A stretch of 64,000 nucleotides of DNA from Chara braunii (lineage: Eukaryota; Plantae; Charophyceae): positions 7,729,112 through 7,793,111 of the forward strand of contig BFEA01000008.1 of the NCBI GenBank assembly GCA_003427395.1. The letters are read 5' to 3'. Made by a program: the position numbers and the translations under genes. Within the stretch, counting starts at the first letter, position 1. Each line of letters begins with the position of its first letter. Shown here piece after piece: positions 38,483 to 50,695 of the stretch. The notes under the pieces are model-generated. The model had not been told where the DNA came from. It saw only the letters and a list, made by a program, of their open reading frames with translations, and did no database searches.

Positions 38483-40003
38483 GGTGAGATGATTCTACTG
38501 CACCTTGCGATGCAGCGAGCCGCGTTTATATAAGACACAGCATAAATAATGCCAATAGCACAGACATCACAACATCGAACGAATCACACCATGATCCAAG
38601 CGAATATTCCATTCGACTGGGTATGCACGACCTCACTGACTTCCCTAAAAGGACACAANCACACCATGATCCAAGCGAATATTCCATTCGACTGGGTATG
38701 CACGACCTCACTGACTTCCCTAAAAGGACACAACGACTAGAGCCCGAGGGCACTGAGCCTTAAGCTGAAACAAACGATACGCAACACCTAGGGGAAGGCA
38801 GAAAAAAGACAACGAGGAAAAAAGGCATGCGGCATCAACAAAGGGCGAAGGTTGGAGGGCAAGGGGGGGGCGGGTGGGCGGACAGACAACATGCCGCACA
38901 GCAAACAACACAAGGCAACAAAGCATATAGGCTCGAGGGCATGGGGGTGGCGGGTGGTCAGGCAAACGGCACACAGCAACAAAACACACTGGGTGAAAAG
39001 CATGGTGTAGACGGATGGGCAAGCAAACAGCGCAAGGAAGCGAGGGAAACAACAGCAACACAAACAACGACAATGCAAAAACAACCCCCCCAAAAAATAC
39101 AAGTATAAACAAGGCAAAGACTGAAAAAAAATAAAATAAAATAATAAATAATAAATAGATGATGAAGTCTGAACCCTCGACAATCTGCGGAATCCCTGTA
39201 TTTGATGGTTTGGGTCATGAACCCTTTGACCCTTGTTGAAGGCAGACTGTCCCCAAGCGGAACATAGCAGCGGGCAGCAACCCTGCGGAGCACCAGGCAG
39301 CGCAGTTGAGGCAACACGTCTGCACAACGCCAAAACGACTGCAAGGAACAACACGGCACGCCGAACTCGCAGCAGGGCACCCAAGCAGTGAAGCACCAGA
39401 CAACACTACCAAGACAACCACACTGCAAGGGACGAGAGGGCAAGCGGACCAGCAGCAGAGCGACCATGCTGAGGGGCCCAAGGCAACCCCAACACGGCAG
39501 CCAAACTACAGGGCGCTCAAGCAAAGGACCCGGAAGGCACGACCAGCGGGCGGGCGGCAAGGCAGCGAAACAGCGAAGCGCAAGGCAACACCACAACCCG
39601 GCCACACCACACAACAAAGACAGCAGCATGCCAAAAAACGACCTGCGAGGCAAGCGGAACGGGCAGCAAGGCAGTGGTGGAGCGCAAACGCGGTCGTCCA
39701 CACATCCAACACGGAGCAAAACAGCATATCACCTACTCACATCACGGGTGAACCCCTCAGACTGTTGGCTCCCACCACCCACTGAGCCAGGGAGACACTC
39801 CGTGGAGCATCCGTCATCACCTACAGGCAACACAGACATCCCGAACCGAGCGGCCCCCCTAAGAGTGCAGTCGGCACTCCAAACGAGGAGCCACCGACTC
39901 TGTTTGGCACTACCTAAGGGTGCTCAGTCGGGGACACAAAAAAACTTAGAAAAAATCAGAAAGAGGACAAACAACAGAAGAAAAGACTGACGGACATAAA
40001 ACT

Positions 40004-40006
<3 letters not shown>
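38481..40006 (-). mobile_element. Non-coding element family A, copy 1 (hammerhead core deleted), flanked by (TG)n
   Basis: Collinear with 40378-42464 from taggtgagatga to cataaaactgatt. Confidence 0.85.
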
Positions 40007-40059
<53 letters not shown>

Positions 40060-40990
40060 CCCACCCACTGTCCCTCCATGGAGAAGGCCAAATGGACTAG
40101 TGTCCGGGGACACTAAGCCATACGGCCTCGCGTCCCACGGACACCGCACACGCATACAAACAAACACATACACGTCCAAACCAGCCTGATGATGTGTGTA
40201 CAAGAGGACAGAGATTACAGTCACTTGGAATCATCACTATTAGGATTCAGTGTTCATCATTTTCCCGCATAAAGTCACCGATTAGCATACAAACTGTGTC
40301 ACCGTTGCACAACTCGACAAGGGGGAGTCGACCCCCTTGATAGCAAAATGGATCGGACAAATCCTTCCGTGTGTGTGTTAGGTGAGATGAGTCTACTGCA
40401 CCTTGCGATACAGCGAGCCGCGTTTATATAAGACACATCATAAATAATGCCAATAACACAAACATCACAACATCGAACGAATCACACCATGATCCAAGCG
40501 AATATTCCATTCGACTGGGTATGCACGACCTCACTGACTTCCCTAAAAGGACACAACGACTAGAGCCCGAGGGCACTAAGCCTTAAGCTGAAACAAACAA
40601 TACTCAACACCTAGGGGAAGGAAAAAAAACAACAACGAGGAAAAGAGGCATGCGGCATCAACGAAGGGCAAAGGTTGGAGGGCAAGGGGGGGGCGGGTGG
40701 GCGGACAGACAACATGCCGCACAGCAAACAACACAAGGCAACAAAGCATATAGACTGGAGGGCATGGGGGTGGCGGGTGGGCAGGCAAACGGCACACATC
40801 AACAAAACACAATGGGTGAAAAGTATGGGGTAGACGGATGGGCAAGCAAACAGCGCAAGGCAACGAGGGAAACAACAACAACACAAACAACGACAATGCA
40901 AAAACAACCCCCCAAAAAAAATACAAGTATAAACAAGGCAAAGAATGAAAAAAAAATAATAAAAAAATAAAATAATAAATAGATGATGAA

Positions 40991-41046
40991 AGATTGTTTC
41001 GTCGGAGTTGCACCGACTCATCAGGAGGCTGAACCCTCGACAATCT
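40991..41046 (-). ncRNA. Type III hammerhead ribozyme, intact
   Basis: Minus strand reads AGATTG-TC^GAGG-GTTCAG-CCTC-CTGATGA-GTCGG-TGCAACT-CCGAC-GAAA-CAATCT: all core bases present, GUC triplet, perfect stems I (4 bp), II (5 bp) and III (7 bp); predicted cut between 41039 and 41038. Confidence 0.95.
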
Positions 41047-41588
41047 GCGGAATCCCCGTATTTGATGGTTTGGGTCATGAACCCTTTGACCCTTGTTGAA
41101 GGCAGACTGTCCCCAAGCGGAACATAGCAGTGGGCAGCAACCCTGCGGAGCACCAGGCAGCGCAGTAGAGGCAACACGGCTGCACAACGCCAAAAACGAC
41201 TGCAAGGAACGACACGGCACGCCGAACTCGCAGCAGGGCATCCAAGCAGTGAAGCACACTGGTGAAAGGGCATGGGATAGGCGGATGGGCAAGCAAACAA
41301 CTTAAGGCAGCGAGGAAAACAACAGCAAGACTAACGACGACAAGGCAAACAACACAAGGCAGCAAAGCATATAGGCTGGAGGGCAAGGGGGAGGCGGGTG
41401 GGCAGGCAAACAGCACAAAGCCACAAAGCACACAGGGTAAAAGGCATGGGGTAGGCGGATGGGCAAGCAAACAGCGTAAGGCGACGAGGGAAACAACATC
41501 AAGACAAACGACAACAAGGCAAAAACAATACCCGAAAAAAACACAAGTATAAACGAGGCAAAGACTGAAAAAAATAAAAACTGATGAT

Positions 41589-41644
41589 AGATTGTTTTGT
41601 CGGAGTTGCACCGACTCATCAGGAGGCTGAACCCTCGATAATCT
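41589..41644 (-). ncRNA. Type III hammerhead ribozyme, mutated copy
   Basis: Same as 40991-41046 except GAAA>AAAA (G12A, 41598) and GUC>AUC (41639, stem III mismatch). Confidence 0.85.
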
Positions 41645-44600
41645 GCGGAATCCCCGTATTTGATGGTTTGGGTCATGAACCCTTCGACTCTTGTTGAAGG
41701 CAGACTGTCCCCAAGCGGAACATAGCAGCGGGCAGCAACCCTGCGGAGCACCAGGCAGCGCAGTAGAGGCAACATGGCTGCACAACGCCAAAAACGACTG
41801 CAAGGAACGACACGGCACGCCGAACTCGCAGCAGGGCACCCAAGCAGTGAAGCACCAGGCAACACTACCAAGACAACCACACTGCAAGGGACGAGAGGGC
41901 AAGTGGACCAGCAGCAGAGCGACCATGCTGAGAGGCCCAAGGCAACCCCAACACGGCAGCCAAACTACAGGGCGCTCAAGCAAAGGACCCGAAAGGCACG
42001 ACCAGCGGGTGGGCGACAAGGCAGCGAAACAGCGAAGTGCAAGGCAACACCACAACCCGGCCACACCACACAGCAAGACAACAACATGCCAAGAACGACC
42101 TGCGAGGCAAGCGGAATGGGCAGCAAGGCAGTGGTGGAGCGCAGACGGGGTCGTCCACACATCCAACACGGAGCAAAGCAGCACATCACCTACTCACATC
42201 ACGGGTGAACCCCACAGACTGTTGGTTCCCACCACCGACTGAGCCAGGGGGAGACTCCGCCGAGCATCCGTCATCACCTACAGGCAACACAGACATCCCG
42301 AACCGAGCGGCCCCCCTAAGAGTGCAGTTGGAACTCCAAACGAGGAGCCACCGACTGTTTGGCACTACCTAAGGGTGCTCAGTCGGGGACACAAAAAAAA
42401 CTTAGAAAAAATCAGAAAGAGGACAAACAACAGAAGAAAAGACTGACAGACATAAAACTGATTATGTGTGTTTATTTTGCGTATCAAGCCTCCACGACCG
42501 TGTCGCAGCATGTTGTGTCAAAAACTCATGCGAGGAACCCGACCCCAATCAAGCGATTCTTGGATTACCTTACGAAAAATCACCACGCTCACCCTCGATC
42601 GTCGCGGAAGGGAATGGTTTACGCACACTCCACCTGGAACACAGGTGTGCGAAGTAGCTCAACCCATAGAGTGTAACACTTAGTGGGATTTCGAAAAAAC
42701 ACGACACACAACAATACGTAATTTCTCAGGAAAGCCAGAGATCCTAATCATTGCCATGCGCATGTGGAAGAAAGGAACATAAGGAAAAAAAAACGGGAAA
42801 AAAAGGGGGGGGAAACAAACCAAAGGGATATGAACACAAAAACCATGCACGAAAGCATCATAGAAGGAGGGGGGGTAAAAACCATTGATGACACAAGCCA
42901 TTTAGACAAAGTCGAACGAACAGACGAAGCATCATTATTCAAAGAGAACTCTCATAACCCAGCCGCAAGGCCGCTCTGAAAAGGTTTAAAAAAACAACCA
43001 TACCATCCCCGATCTCGCTACGTTAACTTCGAGCCTAACCCTCCGAATTTCCACGAGACGTTATGTGGGGGAGAAGAGGAGAACCCAACATGAACAAGCC
43101 CTCCTACGACAATCCATCCAACTATAAACGTGATCGTCATGATGATGTTCGATGCAAACAAGGCAATCGCCCAGTGAGGAACGACAATATCGGGAGGGGT
43201 GGGACAAGCCAACTGCGGGTTCATAATCAAGAGGGTGACGACATTCAAAATCCTCCATGAGAAGACAAGGGATGCTACACATGGGCCGAAACAACACAAC
43301 CACACAACACACATAATTGCATGGAGTCGAAACCGCCCAAACGACGGACCGCTGGCAAACCCCTGCTCCCCTCGTAGCTCCCACCAAAATTCCGTACAAT
43401 CCCAGAGCACAGCCATCATTATTACAAGAGCCGAAGTGCCCTCCTCTCAAACTAGAACGGAACGCCAGCAGCCCCTCCCCCTTACACCAGCCCCTCCGTC
43501 ACTTCGTGAGTACTACCGTTGTTCAGAAGAGATCCATAACATCCCGAAGCGCAGCCTCCACCAAAAAACTCCCGGTGCAGAAAAGCACCCCTCCCCTTGA
43601 TGGAGGAACCCGTCCCCGCATGACGCTCCTATCAGATCCTTCCCCGCGCTCCAACATACACCTAACTTACACTGCCTCCCACCGCTCCCGTACCCCATAC
43701 AACCACAGAGTCCCAAAATGGCGTCGCCATTACGCCTTGCAGACGCGCAGATGGGCACAAGGGGAAGACAAATTCAAGAGCAGGCCCCTGCTGATGCAGA
43801 CCAGTGCCTCACGGCTGTCCAGGAAGGCTAAGAAGGACAAAAAGGCGAAGAGGGCGATCAGGGTGACGACGATGCAGTATGCCACGCCCAACTCGTCTAT
43901 GGCGAAGAGATCTAGAAATCAATCCTGCAAAATCGCATCAACCCGTTCCTTTGGCAGCAACTACCCAAACAAAGCCCGCATCCCATATATACACATCGTA
44001 CGACCATCATAGCGCTCCGAAAGGGAACTCAAAGGAAACATCCTCAAGAGGACAGAGAATCAAGACGAGGGGGTGGAGAAAAAGGGGGGGTGTGGGGGGT
44101 GGGGGGTGGGGACAAGGAGGATTGTTACCGATGCGCTCGCCATACTCTGACCCATACGCCCGCGATGGAAGCCGATGCTGATGAAGAAAACGGACGGAGT
44201 CCTTGGTGCTCACGACGCTCAGGACACACGAACACGGGGCGCAGTCCACGAACACGGATGGCGGGGCGACAGATCTACCACCCAGAGCCAATGCGAGCGA
44301 CACACCGGGAGTCGCAATTGGCGAAGGGAGTAGGCTGTCGCGGCGAGAAAAAGAGAGGGTGGACACTTCGTCTCCTTGGATTAATATACATTAACCGGGA
44401 GGGGAGAGCCTCTACCGTCAAACCCGCGAACCGAACCGAACCGCAGACCCATGGGGGGTGTGTGCGTGCGTGCGGCAGGGGCCCCAAAAGGAGTTTTATG
44501 AGGAAGGTCCTACGTCGGGCGGAAAAAAATAACTAAATACACCATTTCACCGACAAGGCGAGAGTGGGAAGGGTAGACCTCTTTTTCTCATTACTCAATA

Positions 44601-44691
44601 GGGGTGTTCATATTTCACACACAAGGGAATAATGCTGTAAATGTCATCATCTACTTGGAAAAAAAAGGGGGGGAAAAAGGGTGTAAGTATG

Positions 44692-44755
<64 letters not shown>

Positions 44756-46475
44756 TTGTTTCTTTGTTCGTCGAAGAAACTTCGGATGGGGGGCAGCACT
44801 TGAGGAGGTGATAAGAGCACTCTCCCAAAGTGGCCCTCCAGTTGAATGCTCCATCTATTGGTGAGGAGCTGCACCTGTTGGGAACCGGGTCGAGAGAATA
44901 TTGTTTTTTTCTGAACAACTGAAAATGTTTGTACTATACAAGCAAGGAAATGGGCCCTGCCATGATGCCATCCCTCACAAAGCTGTGTTCTCCTGGGGCG
45001 GCGAGGTCCCGCCAGCGAAGAGAATTGGATTGGACGCCTGAATTTTGGACGTGCTTGAAGAGAGGTGCAGATGCTCGCGATTAATCTGCTTTGCTGCATC
45101 TCCGCACTAAACATGTTCAAATTCAGGCACTTAATCCAATCCTCTTTGTAAGTGGGACCTTGCCCCTGCTGGTGAACCAGGCATTAGAATAAACTAGAAA
45201 TGAACCACTATAATAGCATAACAACAGAAAGAAGGGAACGGAAAAAAAAAAAAAAAAGAAAAAAAAAAAGGAGCAATCACAACAGGATCTACATGGGCCT
45301 CTAACTCCGGCTGCTGTCAAAAAAAAAAACACACTCCGGCTGTGACCTCGTATCGAAATCCCTCTTGACAGCATGCAGCCGGGTAGGAAAGAATAATCTT
45401 CTAAAAACGGGCCCAGCATCCCCTGATGTGGGCTACCTTCTTCCCCCGAATAGCTGTATTTAGACTGAAAGTTACCCCAAATACACATTTAATACAGCTA
45501 TAATGACGTTACGTTGTATTCGGCGGAAGAAGGTAGTCCAGTGAATTAGTGCCAGGGAACGGTCGGAGCGTCTCCTCTTGATAGCATGTGTGCATTCTCT
45601 CTTTCTTTTTTTTTTAATAATAATTTATATATAAAAGATATATATTTTTTTATAAAAAAAAAAAAACACCCCCTCCAGTGTGAGCATGTGTGTATTCTCA
45701 CAAAGAGCTTTGTCACCAGGAAGAACAAATGTTCAGTGTGGAGTGACATGTTACTCCACTGGAGGAGGATCATGCCAAACAACCCCGCGCTGCACTCTCC
45801 TGATTCAGAAACTGTAAGTGTTTTTTATTTGTTTTTGTTTTTGGAGTTTTGAAATCACGCATCTTCGAAAATATCTGGCTCAAGAATGCTGAAGGGATTC
45901 CATGATCAACTGGCACACCAGCAGGCAGCTTTTGAAGTGCTTGAATACAGTAGGGGGTCTCGAGACTTGAGGATTTGTGAAACACGATCTTCAGATGCGG
46001 AAATCCGCAACAGAATTACAGGCCAAACTACAAGGCCTAGATTACATCAGGTTGTAAACTGGAGGCGATTATTGAGAGTATCATAGGTCAGGGTACTTGT
46101 AGGAGAGGACCACCTCTTGGAGGATACCCTGGTGGAAAGAGACTCCACAGATTGGTGACATGGTCATTGAACGGCTGTCACTTAGTGACGGTTCTCTTTT
46201 TTTTTTTCTTTCTTTCTTAAAGAACAACTCGAGTCGGTGCTAGGGGTGCTGATAGGAGCAGACACCACTATCACTTTCGGGGAGGCTCCATCTATTGGTG
46301 GGGAGCAGCACCTGCTGGAAACCGGGTCTCAAGGAGTAGCTTTGGAGACTGCAAAATTATCCCCCGCTCCGACAGGCAAACTTCACCTGCTACCAAAGGT
46401 GTTAGTGGTGTCTGCTCTTATCAGCAGCACTAACACTGGCGGGGGTGTTGTTAAAAAAAAAAAAAAAAAAAAAAT

Positions 46476-46511
<36 letters not shown>

Positions 46512-46524
46512 CACCAAAGTTTGC

Positions 46525-46558
<34 letters not shown>

Positions 46559-46648
46559 CTGCCACCAACCTCCGCTTCCTTCAGGCCTACCGGCTTCCTA
46601 ATGCCCTGAAGAGCCGAGTTTTCGATGTCGGAGGGAGTGGTGGTTTAA

Positions 46649-46700
46649 AGGGAGGAAAATGGCCCCAAATGGCCAACAGGCTACAGCGCCATTTCCTCCC
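46649..46700. mobile_element. ~52-bp TTAA-flanked mini TIR element of a different TIR family
   Basis: TTAA|AGGGAGGAAAATGGC ... GCCATTTCCTCCC|TTAA. Confidence 0.55.
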
Positions 46701-48499
46701 TTAACGGTATCTTCAGTTCAAGGGCGAAAATGCCCCTGTAGGCACTTGGGCTTCAAGGACATGGGGTATCGAGGGGATTGATGATTGCATGCAGCGAATC
46801 GGTGAGTGCACTCACTCAGTGAGAAAGAGCTACAGATGTAAATGTACGGAAAGCACATGTAATGTACCAGATAGAATAAGATTATTTCAAGGAGGACAAT
46901 CAGGGCTCAGAGGAACGACGGGGGACCTGATTTCAAGGATTTTTTTTAGGTGTGTGCAAGGGGTCCCTATAAAAAAAATCTTAGAAACAACTACGCGAGA
47001 GTGATGTGTTGAGTTTTGAATTCGCAGGAATAATGGCGCACTGCAGGTCCGGGCCGAGGGCAGTTAGAAACGACAAAAAAAGAACAGCTTTGTGCACCTT
47101 TTTTTTTTTTTTTTTTTTTTTGAAGGTCCATGTCGTAGTAAAGGGTGGATGCTAGGCCTCGGGAGGTGCCTGTCGTCGTACTCAACCAGTGAGGAGGTCA
47201 GATGGCTTGTGACAACCCCAAGGACAGTCTTTCCTCCAGGGGGCATCATCCGTGACCTGTTATATACTAATCTTATCGCAAGTCGAGCCCTACAGCGGTG
47301 CGACCCAGACCTCTCTATCTAGACCTAGACCAGGTCGGAAGTTCGAAAGTGGCAAAATCTTTCCCCCCCCCCGAAAAAAAAGTACATGCTCCAATCTATC
47401 CATGGGGAGCGGCACGTGCTGGGAACCAGGACCAGCGTCCCTTTCAAGAGCACATTATGGACACCAGCAGGGCGTTAGAATGATGCACGGCTGGACACAC
47501 ACTCCCCTGGGCTGACCCAGGTAAGCTATTACAGACACTGCTTGCGCACCACCCAGGGGTCTTAGTCCATGGTTGTTGTATGTTGGGTTTGAGCTGTGGG
47601 ATGTTTGCCTGATGCTCTTGGTTCTAGTGGTTCTTTGCGTGCTTAGATACTTGGGGATGATTGTTCATTTGCCTTCCAGTCCGATATTGCGCACAAATCG
47701 TTCAGTTTCCACAGTAGCTCAGTAGGTTCGATAGTAGATTGCATGGATGAGGTCCTGTGTTCAAACTCGCTTACGTAGTGGGATGCAGGACCAAGAGACC
47801 TACACACCACCAGTAGGCTCAGGAACGGTTGATGAGAGTGAGACTTAGTACAGACTGTGGTCGGTGTTGGTAGGTTTCTTGGGGCAAGATTAAAGTAGCG
47901 GGACCCGTTGCTAGCTGGAGATCTGGGGGGGTCAGCCACTAGTCACGCGAGGGGTTAGGATGAGGGCTCCCCTTAGGACAGCTCGCCTGTGGAACAGGAA
48001 CGGTTGATGAGAATGAGACTTAGTACAATCTACGGTCGATGTCTGTCTGAACTAGGACCCTACAGACCGCCCATGGAATGACGAACAGTTGACGAGAGTG
48101 AGACTAATGAATATTGATTGATTGATTGATTGATTGATTAGTACAGTCTATGGGCAGTGCTGGTAGGGCTCTTGTGTCAGTGGGGCTCTCTACAGGATTG
48201 GTTGGGTTGCCTGCCTCCTATGTTCGGTTCACTATCAACAAACAAGTAGTAATGACAACAGTGTGCACAGCGAACAACCTAACAACAAACAACAGTAACA
48301 ACAGCTGTGTACATAAGTACATATTGATAGGAACACAAAATAGGTCCACCTATGGGACTTGTAGTGAAACGTCTGTACCTAGCACCTGAAGTACCTGGGC
48401 GACAAGGCTCGCTCAAATATGCTTCGATCAGGGCTGAGTGGGGTGTGCGGGACTCAGCTTAGCCCTGGTACCTACAACCGCGGTTCGGTCAGTTCACCC

Positions 48500-48712
48500 C
48501 CAGGCTGGAGGGTGACGATCCTGAGTGGTAGACACTGAGGTAGGATCGTGGGTGTAGGAGTGTGCCGGGAGAAATGACGAAAGAGGTAGGTTGGGAGAGA
48601 GTCCCATAGGATTAGGGGGGCTCTACCACATGACCGAGTGTTGAAGGCGACTCTCATATGTCTGTAATCCAGAATCTACAACAACCTGGGCTTAAAAAAA
48701 AAAAAAAAAAAA
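48500..48712 (+). mobile_element. 3' part of a poly(A)-tailed SINE-like element
   Basis: Homology to 19261-19472; long A tail. Confidence 0.5.
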
Positions 48713-48759
48713 AGTAATTAAAAAAAAGAAAAAAAAAAGAAGAGAAATTTATGCAGAAA

Positions 48760-49450
48760 ACTTGAGGTACCGGGCCATTTTCTGGCTTCGGCTTAAGAAT
48801 CATAGCTATGCGATCTACACAAGAACATTGATTTTCTCTAACCCCAAACCATTGATTCAAGAAGCATTCAGACCGAAAGCCACCTGCCTTAGACCCTTTC
48901 AGCAGCCCAACCCTACTTGCCTCACCCCTATATCCCGATACCCAATCTCTACCAGGCCTGATGCCCCCAACTGCTAGGTTACAGGGTGGCACGACCCACC
49001 CCGGAAGACCCCCACCTGATAGGCTACAGGGCAAAACGACCCGCCCCAGGTCCGGCCAGCGTCGACACAAGAGTGCCTTCCACCCTTGACAATTCCCCAG
49101 GTCTCATGCCCTCGTACAGCTCGAGTTACAGGGCAGCGCGACCAAGCCCCAGCACCAACCAGCATCGTTCTGGCCTCATCTATTCGCAAACCACCGGGAT
49201 CCAGAACTTCAACAGATACCAGACAAACCACCAATCAGCGTCATAGCTGTGCTTCCGATCATCCAGCTCCTTCAGGCGCTGGTTGCAGGTATCCCACAGA
49301 ACAACCCTCTCAACCCTGCTCCGGCAAGTCTTACTGTGATGAAGCCACAGTCTTCACTGCTGCTGTATCCTATTTCCACGCTACAGGCTAGCCCCTTCGC
49401 CGCAGAGCGCGTTATCTCCCACCATCGCAACCACCACACCCCCCTGCCAC
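48760..49450 (-). mobile_element. Fragment of the non-coding retroposon family of 23150-24125
   Basis: Shared blocks (ttgaggtaccgggcc, ctgctaggttacaggg, cggcaag.cttactg). Confidence 0.6.
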
Positions 49451-49725
49451 TAGCGCCAAACTTTGAAGAATTTTTGGGTTGGAAATTCAAGAAATCAGCA
49501 ATTCGGAAAAATCAGATGCACATTTCGATCCCACAAGAAGAGGGGAAGGGAGGGAAAAAAAATCCTCTCTCCCCATGGAAACTCCAGCGCCTATTCAAGT
49601 CTCGGTTGCATGTAAAGGGCTGAAAAAAAAAGGAATTCAATTAAAACCCGTTCAAACCTGAAGTGGCAAAATCAGGTGGCCACTGGTTTGTTTTTATTAT
49701 TATTGTTTTTTTTTTTCATGCCCTT

Positions 49726-50695
49726 TGCAAGGAAAATGAGATATAGCGAAATGATCCAGAATGGAAAATCACATTGAAAACCAGCAAGTCCAACGCTGTC
49801 CAGAAAGCAGAGATGCACTGATATTTTACCTACGGAGAACCAAACCACTTAATCCGAATGTCAATGAGAGCATACTGTCGCCACCACCAACATATGTACC
49901 CAGAGTCGTTCCTCCTACTTGGCGCTCAGCGCCCAGACTACTGTCACGCAACTTACTAGCAGCCTACGAATTGACAATGCATCCAGTTGACGTCAACAGC
50001 AAAACCGAAGTACATGAGGATGTCGACCCTTGTAGACCATCGCCAAGACCAGGTACGTGCCCTCACATCATGAAACTCATCTCTCTCTCTCTCACCCTCA
50101 CCCTCGACTTTCTCACCCACGCCGTCTCCCACATACACGAAGACCACCGCCACCTCCCGCTGACTGTCCAAGCCGAGCCTGGCTATGGTTGGGCTGGCTA
50201 TGGCGCTGCCTCAGTAGCGCCCTGCCTCTCTTCAACGCCCGTGTGCGCCTGTCTTGCACCTTGCACTAGCGCACAACGCACAGCCCGCGAGCGCAGCGCT
50301 GCCGAACGCACTACGTAGTGTTTGCCCCCCCATACGCAGCCCGGCCCTTCCTATATGGAAAGTGGCAGGTGTTTTCCCTTGCTTGCTACCTGTGACCGAG
50401 TTTCCAGTAGCTTCAGTCTCGGCCAAATTGTATGCGCCCAGACGCGTTCAGACAGTGGTCTGGGACCGAATTGGTTAGGCATGCCCAACCACCCAGGCCC
50501 GAATTGGTTAGGCATGCCCAACCACCCAGGCACAAATGTGCGGTGCTTCATGCTTCGACCACGTTGCTGGAAGAGCCTGGACGGCTCACACATATTTTGT
50601 GGATTTTCACGAGCAAGGCGGATGTAACGAACTGGCGCGTGGCAACAGTCTGGCGCCCACCGAGATTTGCAAAAGTTGACGAACTCAGGGCACAT
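49726..50695 (-). repeat. 3' LTR, main part (remaining 20 bp at 53231-53250, beyond the LINE insertion)
   Basis: Direct repeat of 59738-60687. Confidence 0.9.

Larger units (their letters stand above)
40378..42464 (-). mobile_element. Non-coding element family A, copy 2, with ~600-bp internal duplication and two hammerheads (retrozyme-like or non-autonomous PLE-like)
   Basis: Short TG repeats at both ends; hammerhead blocks 598 bp apart; no credible protein-coding ORF. Confidence 0.85.

Noticed and set aside
38585-38735. Exact ~73-bp duplication around a single N
   Set aside because: Typical contig-join artefact; absent from the sister copy at 40480-40560
40180-40230. CTGATGA on the plus strand (also at 15213 and 41581)
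   Set aside because: No stem II followed by GAAA
38720-42372. Long Cys/Leu-rich or Gln/Thr-rich ORFs in family A
   Set aside because: Open in many frames because of compositional bias, frames not conserved between copies, no domain motifs
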